Below, one piece after another: positions 16,276-23,901 of a stretch of DNA of 30,029 nt. The stretch lies in the IMG/VR virus record IMGVR_UViG_3300020044_004411, positions 1-30,029 of that record. The stretch is one strand, 5' to 3'. Position 1 is the first letter of the stretch. The number at the start of each line of letters is the position of its first letter. This DNA is from a virus. Taxonomy: Duplodnaviria; Caudoviricetes. The translations under genes and the position numbers were made by a program. The notes under the pieces were generated by a model, which was not told the DNA's origin, did no database searches, and saw nothing but the letters and a program-made list of their open reading frames with translations.

Positions 16276-16433
16276 TCTTTCACCTCAAACCATTCAGGAC
16301 GCAGCTCTTTGAGTTGGAGAAGCCGAAGCTGCGGAACGGCCTTCCATTGGTAAATCGCGGGGGGCTTGATGTTCAACAGCTTCGCCAGAGCCGTAACACC
16401 ACCGGCCTTCTCGATTAGCTCTTTCTTGTCCAT
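16272..16433 (-). CDS. Cro/YdaS-like HTH regulator
   Basis: MDKKELIEKAGGVTALAKLLNIKPPAIYQWKAVPQLRLLQL; AAGGA RBS 5 nt upstream. Confidence 0.85.
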   Translation of the reverse strand: MDKKELIEKAGGVTALAKLLNIKPPAIYQWKAVPQLRLLQLKELRPEWFEVKE

Positions 16434-16447
16434 GTCTTTCCTTGGGT

Positions 16448-16531
16448 GGGGCCAGCTCTCATAAAGCAGAGTGGCTGCCTGCTGATAATTCGTGATACCA
16501 GGCCGCACGGAGCTAACCCGTTCCTGGCCCC
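16448..16531 (-). ncRNA. Cloverleaf-like structured RNA in the Cro leader (unidentified)
   Basis: Perfect 8-bp closing stem GGGGCCAG/CTGGCCCC with three internal hairpins (ACGG/CCGT, GCCTG/CAGGC, CTCT/AGAG). Confidence 0.5.
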
Positions 16532-16536
16532 GCTTG

Positions 16537-16608
16537 AGTGTAAGGCAGGTTTACATAAGGGCACTTAGGGAAAGTCCTAGTTCTCATGCCCATAAGATCG
16601 CTTACAGT
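16537..16608. promoter_or_regulatory. Divergent promoter/operator region
   Basis: TAAG-N4-CTTA palindromes at 16556-16567 and 16593-16604; TAGG-N6-CCTA at 16566-16579; -10-like TACACT (minus) and TACAGT (plus). Confidence 0.6.
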
Positions 16609-16647
16609 CACACCCATGCCGCTATTTCGCGGTCTCTGGAGCGACAA

Positions 16648-16878
16648 ATGAAGATCCTTCCCTGCAATCGGTGCCAGCACTACATCCACCACGAGGGCAA
16701 CCCCTCTGCCTTCTCGATGTGCGGCCACCCAGACACTCAAAAGATTGACTATGTGACCGGCAAGTCAGAACCCATGTTCTGCACGGTCCTGCGCGCTATC
16801 CATGGCCGCTGCGGTAACGAGGGTAAGTTGTGGGCTTATGACGATGCGTTCCCCCCGGTTCAGGAGTGGGAAGAATGA
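16648..16878 (+). CDS. Cys-rich hypothetical early protein
   Basis: GGAG RBS, start MKILPCNRC; C..C.H...C...C...CG.EG.LW pattern. Confidence 0.65.
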   Translation: MKILPCNRCQHYIHHEGNPSAFSMCGHPDTQKIDYVTGKSEPMFCTVLRAIHGRCGNEGKLWAYDDAFPPVQEWEE

Positions 16879-17057
16879 ACGAGACCATCAAGTGGTATTC
16901 CATCAATGAGCTGGAACCCCCCGAAGAAGTTGGCCTGGTCCTTTACTACAAAGGAGAGGTATTTTGGGGTGACTGGGATGGCAAAGACTTCACAGACTCT
17001 GCAACCGGTCTTAAAGAGCCAGTTTGGTTATGGGCTTTAGTGAAAGGTCCGCAATGA
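16875..17057 (+). CDS. Small hypothetical protein (DUF551-like)
   Basis: ATGA coupling; W....E..P...V..WA pattern. Confidence 0.55.
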   Translation: MNETIKWYSINELEPPEEVGLVLYYKGEVFWGDWDGKDFTDSATGLKEPVWLWALVKGPQ

Positions 17058-17176
17058 GATACGCATACCGTCCCCGCGAAGAAGAGATCGAAGCTCGCCG
17101 CTCTGCGGCAATGGATGTGCTGTTTGCCATCTTCCTCGGTCTCTGTGGTGCAACCTTCTTTTTCTTCTACCTATGA
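17054..17176 (+). CDS. Small membrane peptide (40 aa)
   Basis: MRYAYRPREEEIEARRSAAMDVLFAIFLGLCGATFFFFYL; ATGA overlaps at both ends. Confidence 0.55.
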   Translation: MRYAYRPREEEIEARRSAAMDVLFAIFLGLCGATFFFFYL

Positions 17177-17787
17177 GCGTCTACAAAGCAATCAACGCAG
17201 TCCAGGCTGAACTGGCATCCATCGGCATCACCAAGAGCCGCAGGAACCCACAGGGCAATGGATACAACTTCCGTGGCATTGATGATGTCTACAACACCAT
17301 CTCTCCGCTTTTGGCGAAGCATGGCCTCTGCATCCTGCCTCGAGTGCTTTCTCGCCAGTGTGTAGAGCGCAAGTCAAACAGCGGTGGGAATCTGTTCTTC
17401 ATCACCGTAGAGATGGAGTTTGATTTAGTCTCATCTGAGGATGGATCAAAGCACACCATCAAGACATTCGGTGAGGCGATGGACTCGGGAGACAAGGCCA
17501 CAAACAAAGCCATGAGCGCGGCATACAAGTACGCAGCATTCCAGGCATTCGCTATCCCAACAGAAGGCGATAACGACACCGAAAACCACACGCACGAAGT
17601 TCTGCCTAGCGAAGACCAGGCGTTTGAAGATGAACACCTGGATAACCTTCGCGGAGCAGCGATGGAAGGCCTTTCTGTTTTAGAGGCAGAGTTCAAGAAG
17701 ATCCCGGTGTCTGCAGCTAAAGCCAGGTTCTGGACTCGCAATCAAAAGAGTCTGAAAGACGCAGCAATGAAAGGAGCCGCAAAATGA
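17173..17787 (+). CDS. erf: ERF-family single-strand annealing protein
   Basis: K...N....YNFRGIDDV, GEAMDSGDKATNKAMSAAYKY, F.IPT..D.D motifs. Confidence 0.85.
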   Translation: MSVYKAINAVQAELASIGITKSRRNPQGNGYNFRGIDDVYNTISPLLAKHGLCILPRVLSRQCVERKSNSGGNLFFITVEMEFDLVSSEDGSKHTIKTFGEAMDSGDKATNKAMSAAYKYAAFQAFAIPTEGDNDTENHTHEVLPSEDQAFEDEHLDNLRGAAMEGLSVLEAEFKKIPVSAAKARFWTRNQKSLKDAAMKGAAK

Positions 17788-17999
17788 AAGTCAAAGAAGC
17801 GCGTGAGCTTGAGCGTGAATACAACGAGATAGTTGAACGCGGAAGAAAGTTATGGGAAGAGATAGAACCAATGGCGGCCAGGTGCAATGCAATCACTGAA
17901 AAGTTGAGACTTCATAAAGTTAACTTTGATGAAATCGCGCTTTTATTTGGAGGCGAACTTCAGATTGATGTTGTTGGAAAAGACGAGGATGAAGCGTAA
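17784..17999 (+). CDS. Hypothetical protein
   Basis: ORF coupled on both sides; looks more AT-rich than its neighbours. Confidence 0.55.
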   Translation: MKVKEARELEREYNEIVERGRKLWEEIEPMAARCNAITEKLRLHKVNFDEIALLFGGELQIDVVGKDEDEA

Positions 18000-18601
18000 T
18001 GGAACAGCGCACACCCGAATGGTTCGCTCAACGGGCCGGTAAGGTCACCGCTTCCTCTGTGTATAAGGTCATGGCAAAGACCAAGACCGGTTATTCAGCA
18101 GACCGCGAGAACTACCAAGCCCAACTGGTCGTTGAAAGAATGACCGGACAACCCGCCAAGACCTACTCCAATGCAGCAATGGAGTGGGGGGTAGAGCAAG
18201 AGGCAAACGCTCGAGCTGCATACGAGGCCCAAACGGGGAACCTGGTCGAAGAGGTGGGGTTCATTCCTCACCCCTCGATTGAGATGTGTGGAGCCAGTCC
18301 TGATGGGATCGTTGGAGAGGGGCTTATCGAGATCAAGTGTCCTGAGACGGCCACCATGATTGAGATGCAGCTCAACCGAAAGATTCCCGATAAGTATCTG
18401 AAGCAAATGCAACTTCAGATGCGCTGCACGGATAAGAAGTGGTGCGATTTCGTGTGTTTCGACCCACGGATGCCACAAAGACTTCAGCTCTTAATCATTC
18501 GCGTGGAGCGAGATGAGGAGCTGATTGGGGAGATGGAAGCCGAGATCGTCAAGTTCCTGGCCGAAGTCGATGAGAAAGTGAAAAAACTGGAAGCAATATG
18601 A
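17999..18601 (+). CDS. YqaJ/lambda-exonuclease family protein
   Basis: QRT.EWF..R.GKVTAS, M.WG...E..AR, GASPDG, IEIKCP, Y..QMQ.QM, WCDFV. Confidence 0.92.
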   Translation: MEQRTPEWFAQRAGKVTASSVYKVMAKTKTGYSADRENYQAQLVVERMTGQPAKTYSNAAMEWGVEQEANARAAYEAQTGNLVEEVGFIPHPSIEMCGASPDGIVGEGLIEIKCPETATMIEMQLNRKIPDKYLKQMQLQMRCTDKKWCDFVCFDPRMPQRLQLLIIRVERDEELIGEMEAEIVKFLAEVDEKVKKLEAI

Positions 18602-18831
18602 GCAAAGTCCTTTATGAAGTCACCGCTATCGTGGGCACCTACACCAACAAAGACGGCGATGAGAAGAAACGCTACCTTCGAATTGGATCGGTCATTGATA
18701 CGAAAAACGGTCCTATGCTGAAGCTGGACTGTTCCCCTTTTAAGGAAGGCGGGTGGGATGGATGGGCCTACATGAACGCCCCCCGCGAGGAGGACAAGCG
18801 CAAGGGTAAATCCGAGGATGTTCCCTTCTAA
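18598..18831 (+). CDS. Small SSB-like protein
   Basis: Beta-rich core and acidic EDVPF C-terminus like an SSB tip; follows ERF and exonuclease. Confidence 0.5.
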   Translation: MSKVLYEVTAIVGTYTNKDGDEKKRYLRIGSVIDTKNGPMLKLDCSPFKEGGWDGWAYMNAPREEDKRKGKSEDVPF

Positions 18832-18840
18832 GCTGCCTTA
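18829..18840. promoter_or_regulatory. Third TAAG-N4-CTTA operator-like site
   Basis: TAAGCTGCCTTA at the gap before an HTH gene. Confidence 0.45.
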
Positions 18841-18858
18841 TTATCCGTACTTAAACGA

Positions 18859-19293
18859 ATGGAGCCAATGATGCACGGAGCACACCGTAAAGACGACCCT
18901 GACACTTCAAAAGAGGCTGCGGCGCTGGACATCAGCGAGCTGGAGGCAAGGGTCTATGGATTGCTGAAGTTCAAGCCCTTGACCGCTGAAGAGCTGGCCT
19001 TCTCGCTGAACAAATCCCTGCAATCCATCACCCCCAGGATCGCTCCTCTGAGAAGGAGGGGGTTCATCTTCGACTCTGGTATCCGCAGGCGCGGTCAGTC
19101 AGGGAGAAGCCGAATCGTGTGGGCTGCAGCCGAGGAGATCATTCCAGAGCCGGTAAAAACGAAAAAACTAGACGAAAAGGAGATCCTCCAAATCGCTCGG
19201 CGTCACACCAAGTATATGACCGGAAAAACAGCCTGGGCGATGGATGTGGTGTCTCTCATCAGAGAGTTGGAGGCGAGATGGAACATCAAGTGA
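18859..19293 (+). CDS. Winged-helix HTH protein
   Basis: R..DP.TS..AA, LTAEELA, SITPR.A.L...G.I.DSG.RR, VW motifs. Confidence 0.65.
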   Translation: MEPMMHGAHRKDDPDTSKEAAALDISELEARVYGLLKFKPLTAEELAFSLNKSLQSITPRIAPLRRRGFIFDSGIRRRGQSGRSRIVWAAAEEIIPEPVKTKKLDEKEILQIARRHTKYMTGKTAWAMDVVSLIRELEARWNIK

Positions 19294-19454
19294 AAAAGAC
19301 GATGCCGCGCATCCCGGTGGGGCATCCAGACTTCAAATGGACTTCGGGGGCCGATGTTCAGGCCACCTGGCGGAAGTACGGATGGACCCCTCCGAGCGAG
19401 GGAAAGCCAGTGTTTGAAGAGAAAGAAAAAAATGTATCGAAATCTAGAAATTGA
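19290..19454 (+). CDS. Small hypothetical protein
   Basis: GTGA coupling; DVQATWRKYGW.PPSE motif. Confidence 0.55.
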   Translation: MKKTMPRIPVGHPDFKWTSGADVQATWRKYGWTPPSEGKPVFEEKEKNVSKSRN

Positions 19455-19734
19455 GATCCTGCGCTGGGCTGAGGCCCGTCAGATCATCCCCAACTCCTCG
19501 ACAGAGAAGCAACTCCTCAAGTGCGTAGAGGAACTAGGAGAGCTTGTCGGGGCCACTCTGAAGGGCAACCGAGAGGCCCAGATTGATGGCTTTGGAGATG
19601 TCCTGGTGACCCTGATCCTGGCGGCTGACCTGGCGGGGTTGGATCTTGTCTCATGCCTGCAGAGGGCTTATGGGGAGATCAAAGACCGTAAGGGAACGCT
19701 GACCAAAGAGGGCATCTTTGTGAGGGAAACATGA
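19432..19734 (+). CDS. MazG-like nucleotide pyrophosphohydrolase
   Basis: K..EELGEL and D..GD.LVTL metal-binding motifs, AY.EIKDRKG C-terminus. Confidence 0.85.
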   Translation: MYRNLEIEILRWAEARQIIPNSSTEKQLLKCVEELGELVGATLKGNREAQIDGFGDVLVTLILAADLAGLDLVSCLQRAYGEIKDRKGTLTKEGIFVRET

Positions 19735-20126
19735 GCCTACGAGCAGCAGCGCAGCAGGCGCTTGTGGATATGGCCTGTATGCGTGACATGGTTGCCCACC
19801 CTGACAACCTCCAGTTCATTGACAACGCCATCACCGCCCTCCGCACCGCGCTTGCGGAGCCTGAGCAGGAGCCGCTCCCGAAGATGCGCTTACTGCCCTG
19901 TTGTGGGTATCACGACGGTAGGGCGGTTTTTTGGAATCGGTTTAACGGTGTTGTTCAGTGCCACAGTTGTGGACAGCAGTACGCCCCTCACCCACCGCAG
20001 CCCGTGACGCTGACGGATGAGGAAATTTACCCGCTGTATAGCGAGCCGAGCAGCGACAAGGAAATGGTGGAGTTCGCCCGTGCAGTCATCGAGGCGTATC
20101 AGCGCAAGCAGGAGGGCAAGGCATGA
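19731..20126 (+). CDS. Mosaic hypothetical protein
   Basis: LRAAAQQAL, AITALR.ALAEP, LTDEEI, FARA.IEA segments around a CC...C..C insert. Confidence 0.6.
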   Translation: MSLRAAAQQALVDMACMRDMVAHPDNLQFIDNAITALRTALAEPEQEPLPKMRLLPCCGYHDGRAVFWNRFNGVVQCHSCGQQYAPHPPQPVTLTDEEIYPLYSEPSSDKEMVEFARAVIEAYQRKQEGKA

Positions 20127-20575
20127 GCAATGAGCCTGTGGCGTACCTTTGGCAGCACAGCGAGACAGGGCGCACTCGCGTTGTGATGACGGATCAGATC
20201 GTTTCCACTGATGATCGCTGGTTCTTGGTGGGGCCGCTGCATCTTGATCCAGCACCCGACGACACCGCACTGCCCCGATTGCTTCGGATCATGGGTACGT
20301 TTGACCTTACCACAGGGCACGCATCCACTATGGATGAGGCTCTTGATGAGTTGGAATCAGAACTGCGGGATGTGTTGGGGCACTACCGGGCGGCGAAGCC
20401 TGACGACACCGCCCTGCTGCGGCAGGCGTTGGAGGTGTTGGAGTCCGTCTATCCCTACACAGACAGCCTGATCTGCTACGCCAGCACGGTGGATGAGCAC
20501 CCGCCCAATGCCATCGATGGGAATGTTCGAGATGCCCTTACCGCCCTGCGCGAACGACTAGGAGAGAAGCCATGA
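20123..20575 (+). CDS. Mosaic hypothetical protein with internal PDDTAL duplication
   Basis: EPVA N-terminus, two PDDTAL units, LLRQALE.L, ALRERL. Confidence 0.6.
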   Translation: MSNEPVAYLWQHSETGRTRVVMTDQIVSTDDRWFLVGPLHLDPAPDDTALPRLLRIMGTFDLTTGHASTMDEALDELESELRDVLGHYRAAKPDDTALLRQALEVLESVYPYTDSLICYASTVDEHPPNAIDGNVRDALTALRERLGEKP

Positions 20576-20685
20576 CCGACTTCATTAAACACTTCCTCGT
20601 CTACTGCGCCCAGTGGGTAGTGGGTATGTTCATCTTGTGGGCGATCATTGTTTTGGCAGGTTGGGCGTGGAGGTGGTTGGTATGA
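20572..20685 (+). CDS. Small membrane peptide
   Basis: MTDFIKHFLVYCAQWVVGMFILWAIIVLAGWAWRWLV; ATGA coupling at both ends. Confidence 0.5.
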   Translation: MTDFIKHFLVYCAQWVVGMFILWAIIVLAGWAWRWLV

Positions 20686-20837
20686 AAAGTTTTTTAGTGG
20701 GAGCCGTGATCGGTGTGTTTGTCCTTTTGCTTGTCTGCATCGCGGTATTTGAGGGCCAAATGATCCCGGCAATGTGGCAACTGACAAGCGTCATCTGGAT
20801 GTTTGTTTGGTGGAAATGGTTGGGGGACAAGACATGA
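20682..20837 (+). CDS. Small two-TM membrane protein
   Basis: Start MKSFLVG by ATGA overlap; hydrophobic. Confidence 0.5.
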   Translation: MKSFLVGAVIGVFVLLLVCIAVFEGQMIPAMWQLTSVIWMFVWWKWLGDKT

Positions 20838-21034
20838 CCCGCGATGACATCATCCGACTGGCGCGGGAGGCGGGGTTGTGGCCTGCCGTTACAGATGTGT
20901 TCCCAAAAGAACTTGAACGCTTCGCCGCCCTTGTCGCTGCGCATGAGCGTGAGGAATGCGCTCGGATTTGCAATGGCTACAACGATCCGCTTATCAACAC
21001 CGATGCAGCCGCCGCCATCAGGAGCAGGACATGA
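20834..21034 (+). CDS. Small phage hypothetical protein
   Basis: MTRDDIIRLAREAG...LERFAALVAAHEREECA..C...AAAIR pattern. Confidence 0.65.
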   Translation: MTRDDIIRLAREAGLWPAVTDVFPKELERFAALVAAHEREECARICNGYNDPLINTDAAAAIRSRT

Positions 21035-21141
21035 AGCTCGGTGAGATGTTCGTCACCCTATGGATGCTCACATTTTTAGCGGTGATTTTTCTGTCCCCGT
21101 TTGTGACTCTTGCTCTCATTTTGAGATTCATCTTCCAATGA
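21031..21141 (+). CDS. Small membrane peptide
   Basis: MKLGEMFVTLWMLTFLAVIFLSPFVTLALILRFIFQ; ATGA coupling. Confidence 0.5.
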   Translation: MKLGEMFVTLWMLTFLAVIFLSPFVTLALILRFIFQ

Positions 21142-21335
21142 AAGCACTTGTCCTGGCTCATGCCTACCTTATAGGGGCCACAATCCATACCCCTGAAGGA
21201 AACCGCTCACCAACAAAAGAAGAAGTCTTAAAGGCCGTCCTTGAAGAACTCAATCAGCAGACAGCAGATCGTGGACCTACTCAAAGAACTAGGCCCGATG
21301 ACCATGAGAGAAATCGCAGACCAGCTGAGGATTGA
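21138..21335 (+). CDS. Small hypothetical protein
   Basis: ATGA coupling at 21138 (MKALVLAHAY); overlaps the next ORF. Confidence 0.35.
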   Translation: MKALVLAHAYLIGATIHTPEGNRSPTKEEVLKAVLEELNQQTADRGPTQRTRPDDHERNRRPAED

Positions 21336-21660
21336 TCTAGACCGGATCAGGAGCTTTATAGGCTCCACACGCCAAAAGAAACCAGGCGTGATATACATCC
21401 AGTCCTATCGCAGAGATGAAGACGGTGGAAGGCTCTATCCAAGGGCTGTATGGGCCGCAGGAAACCTGCCAGACGCAAAGAGACCTCCCAAGTTAGGACA
21501 CCCGGAATACAACCGCAGGGCACGAAAAAAGAAGAAAAAAGCAGTGGCTTCGATCTTCCATCTTCATCTCAAGTACGAAAACAATCAGGCCAAACTCAAC
21601 CTAAGTAAGACCTTCAATGCTTCCGAAGTACACATGGGACAAAGACAGGGAACTGTGTAA
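21241..21660 (+). CDS. HTH DNA-binding protein
   Basis: IVDLLKELGPMTMREIADQL HTH; basic C-terminus; TTG start. Confidence 0.55.
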   Translation: MKNSISRQQIVDLLKELGPMTMREIADQLRIDLDRIRSFIGSTRQKKPGVIYIQSYRRDEDGGRLYPRAVWAAGNLPDAKRPPKLGHPEYNRRARKKKKKAVASIFHLHLKYENNQAKLNLSKTFNASEVHMGQRQGTV

Positions 21661-21877
21661 GAAATGCGCTCACTACCGAGAACACCTAGACAACCCTAGA
21701 TACAACTCTGGGGTAATAGTGATGTGCTGCGCCGCCAACCCAGCAAAGGGAAGGCGCGGAATCGGCTCTTGCATCGACAACAGGCATCGAGGCCCATGCG
21801 GTAGGGATGGGGCTTTATTTCATCCCAGAGAGAAACAGATCTCTCTCGGCCTGTCGCCGCTTTACCAACCCGGGTAA
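21617..21877 (+). CDS. Cys-rich hypothetical protein, last gene of the plus-strand operon
   Basis: C..C.HY...C...C...CG.DG.LF, the same Cys pattern as 16648..16878. Confidence 0.5.
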   Translation: MLPKYTWDKDRELCKKCAHYREHLDNPRYNSGVIVMCCAANPAKGRRGIGSCIDNRHRGPCGRDGALFHPREKQISLGLSPLYQPG

Positions 21878-22327
21878 GACCTTTCCGCCACCCTTGGTCC
21901 AGTCCATGAGGTGATCGGCGGCTTTCTCCCACTCTCCTCGGTTTGCCTTAATCCGAATCTGAGAGCGCATTAGAGCGCCAAGTCCCGCGTTATAAGAAAA
22001 AGAGACCAAAGCATCGAATGCGCCTTGATACTCAGTAACACCGGGAATAAGCCGAAGAACACCGCGCTCAAAAGTGATGAGGTCACGCTCGAATAGAGCA
22101 TCCACTTCTTGCTGGCTCCAGACACGACTGTCCTCCGCTCTTAATGGGTAATCAGTCCGCAGCATACCCGTATAGCCCTCTTTACGGACCACGGGCAGAC
22201 GAATCTGATCCTGATAAAGAACCGCTCCAAATCCCACACTCCATATGTAGGCCGGGCATAGATAAGGCTTCAGCCTGCATCCCTCAAAGTGATGCATGAG
22301 CTTGATACCTGCTTCCGAAGTCTTCAC
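21815..22327 (-). CDS. Endolysin, GH24 lysozyme family
   Basis: FEG.RL.PY.CPA..WS.G.G catalytic region, FDALVSF.YN.G, W.K.GG..L.GL..RR..E. Confidence 0.92.
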   Translation of the reverse strand: MKTSEAGIKLMHHFEGCRLKPYLCPAYIWSVGFGAVLYQDQIRLPVVRKEGYTGMLRTDYPLRAEDSRVWSQQEVDALFERDLITFERGVLRLIPGVTEYQGAFDALVSFSYNAGLGALMRSQIRIKANRGEWEKAADHLMDWTKGGGKVLPGLVKRRQAERDLFLSGMK

Positions 22328-22330
22328 CTC

Positions 22331-22359
22331 TTTACCTTATCAATGTCATGCGCTATCAT
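22331..22359 (+). promoter_or_regulatory. Candidate promoter for a leaderless HNH mRNA
   Basis: TTTACC-17 nt-TATCAT, 7 nt before ATG 22367; no SD. Confidence 0.45.
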
Positions 22360-22366
22360 TGACAGC

Positions 22367-22918
22367 ATGAAACACACACATATCACCCAAAAAGGCGTTA
22401 GCGTGATCGTCAAAGAAGATGGTTCCATCTGGAGGCCAGCATTCAAATCCACCATAAAACGCATAAGGCATGGTACTGAGCAAGAGTTTGTTTCTGATTA
22501 CAAAGAAAAACAATTGGCCCAATGTAAGAACAAAAATGGCTACCTTGAGGTCTGTGTGAAACAAGATGGGAAGCGGATAAAACTTTCTGTCCATCGCTTG
22601 ATCGGTCTTGCTTTTGTAGACGGATACCAAGAAGGCCTTACGATCAATCACATCAATGGAAACAAGACAGACAACAGGCCTGAAAATCTTGAATGGATAT
22701 CATTGGCTGACAACACAAAGCATCAATGGGCAAGCGGACTTGTCAATCTTCGAGGCGAAGGCCAGCCTGGTCACAAACTTACTGCAAGACAGGTCGTACA
22801 CATAAGAAAAGCATTAAAGGCTGGCATTTCTGCGAACTCTATTTCCATAATTGCAGGAGTGAACCCATCAACAATTTACCTGATTGAAAAGGGTAAGCGC
22901 TGGTCACACATTGATTAG
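22367..22918 (+). mobile_element. Freestanding HNH homing endonuclease inserted antisense in the lysis module
   Basis: GYL.V, VHRLI..AF, INHINGNKTDNRPENLEW.....N..H motif with a C-terminal HTH; AT-rich; opposite strand to its neighbours. Confidence 0.85.
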
Positions 22919-22921
22919 CGA

Positions 22922-23425
22922 TCACTTCTTAGACCAGCTCCGCGATCCGAACCAGAACCCGAGAATCCCGCCCAGCATGGACATCTCTTCTTCGCTGAAG
23001 ATCACCGTGGAGACCTTAAGAAAGTCGTCCATTGACCGGATCAGATTTGGGTCGGTGAAGGCGTAATAAGTGATGGCCGCGTTGATGGCAACCAGCTCAA
23101 GAATGAAGATGTAGGTTACTGTAGGGCGAACGGTCCCCACATAGTTCGCAACCCACCTCGAGGCTTTTTCGAGGACTTGTTTGTCGTGGTCCAGAGCCGC
23201 TTGGGTCATCTGGGCCTGGGTCTGCATCGCTACCTGCTCAGACCGCAATTCCTCAATACGCTGTTGAGCAGCAAAGCCCTGAGCGGCCATTTGAAGGTCT
23301 CGCTCGGCAGAAATCTTTGCCAGATCGCGCTCGTGAGCCTGGTCTGCTTTGTTTTGGAAGAACTCTAAGAGCTTAGGAAGGCCAGAGATCAAAAGCCCAC
23401 CCAGAGTGGAAAGTAGACTGAGCAT
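22922..23425 (-). CDS. Holin-like membrane protein
   Basis: N-terminal hydrophobic helix, coiled coil, VRP.VTY, TM segments, FWFG.R C-terminus; upstream of the endolysin. Confidence 0.6.
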   Translation of the reverse strand: MLSLLSTLGGLLISGLPKLLEFFQNKADQAHERDLAKISAERDLQMAAQGFAAQQRIEELRSEQVAMQTQAQMTQAALDHDKQVLEKASRWVANYVGTVRPTVTYIFILELVAINAAITYYAFTDPNLIRSMDDFLKVSTVIFSEEEMSMLGGILGFWFGSRSWSKK

Positions 23426-23901
23426 CAGATCACCATTGCGTAAAGAAATAGAACCATCCCAACCCCTCCAACAGCAATAGACGCATACAGGAGAGGCATC
23501 ATCACTGCAAGAATGGCGGCAGAAGATAGGACGATTGACAGCTGGAGCGCCATACCCGAATACGAGAAGTATGGTGACCGGGATTTCGCGGCATCACGAG
23601 CAGCCTCAGCAGACCGAGCCTTCTCAGATATTTCCTCCATGTCGGCTCTTTGCTTTTCTGCCTTCTCTTCGCGGCCAGAGGTCTCATAGATGGTCGCCCG
23701 TACATTCTTGGCTTGGAACCAAGCCCAGTAGTTGTTCGCAGCAATGGTCCCGTTTAGAACCTTACTCGAATTGCTGGACCCGTACATCCCGTTTATTGCT
23801 AACAGAAGGGCAAAGATCGAGATCGTCAGAGCGGCCCACTGTTTGACATAGGCCTCCCTCTCTGACCGAGAGGCATTAGGAGAAGGCTTTAGAACCCACA
23901 T
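23425..23901 (-). CDS. DUF4337-like membrane protein
   Basis: TM, W..FQAK..R, LQ.SIVLSS..IL, C-terminal TMs. Confidence 0.6.
   Translation of the reverse strand: MWVLKPSPNASRSEREAYVKQWAALTISIFALLLAINGMYGSSNSSKVLNGTIAANNYWAWFQAKNVRATIYETSGREEKAEKQRADMEEISEKARSAEAARDAAKSRSPYFSYSGMALQLSIVLSSAAILAVMMPLLYASIAVGGVGMVLFLYAMVI

Noticed and set aside
16448-16531. Possible tRNA gene
   Set aside because: Cloverleaf-like, but lacks the TTC T-loop, a canonical D-loop and 7-nt anticodon loop geometry; kept as an unidentified RNA
22328-22921. Group I intron carrying the HNH
   Set aside because: The insert is intergenic, almost entirely ORF, and has no room for a ribozyme core
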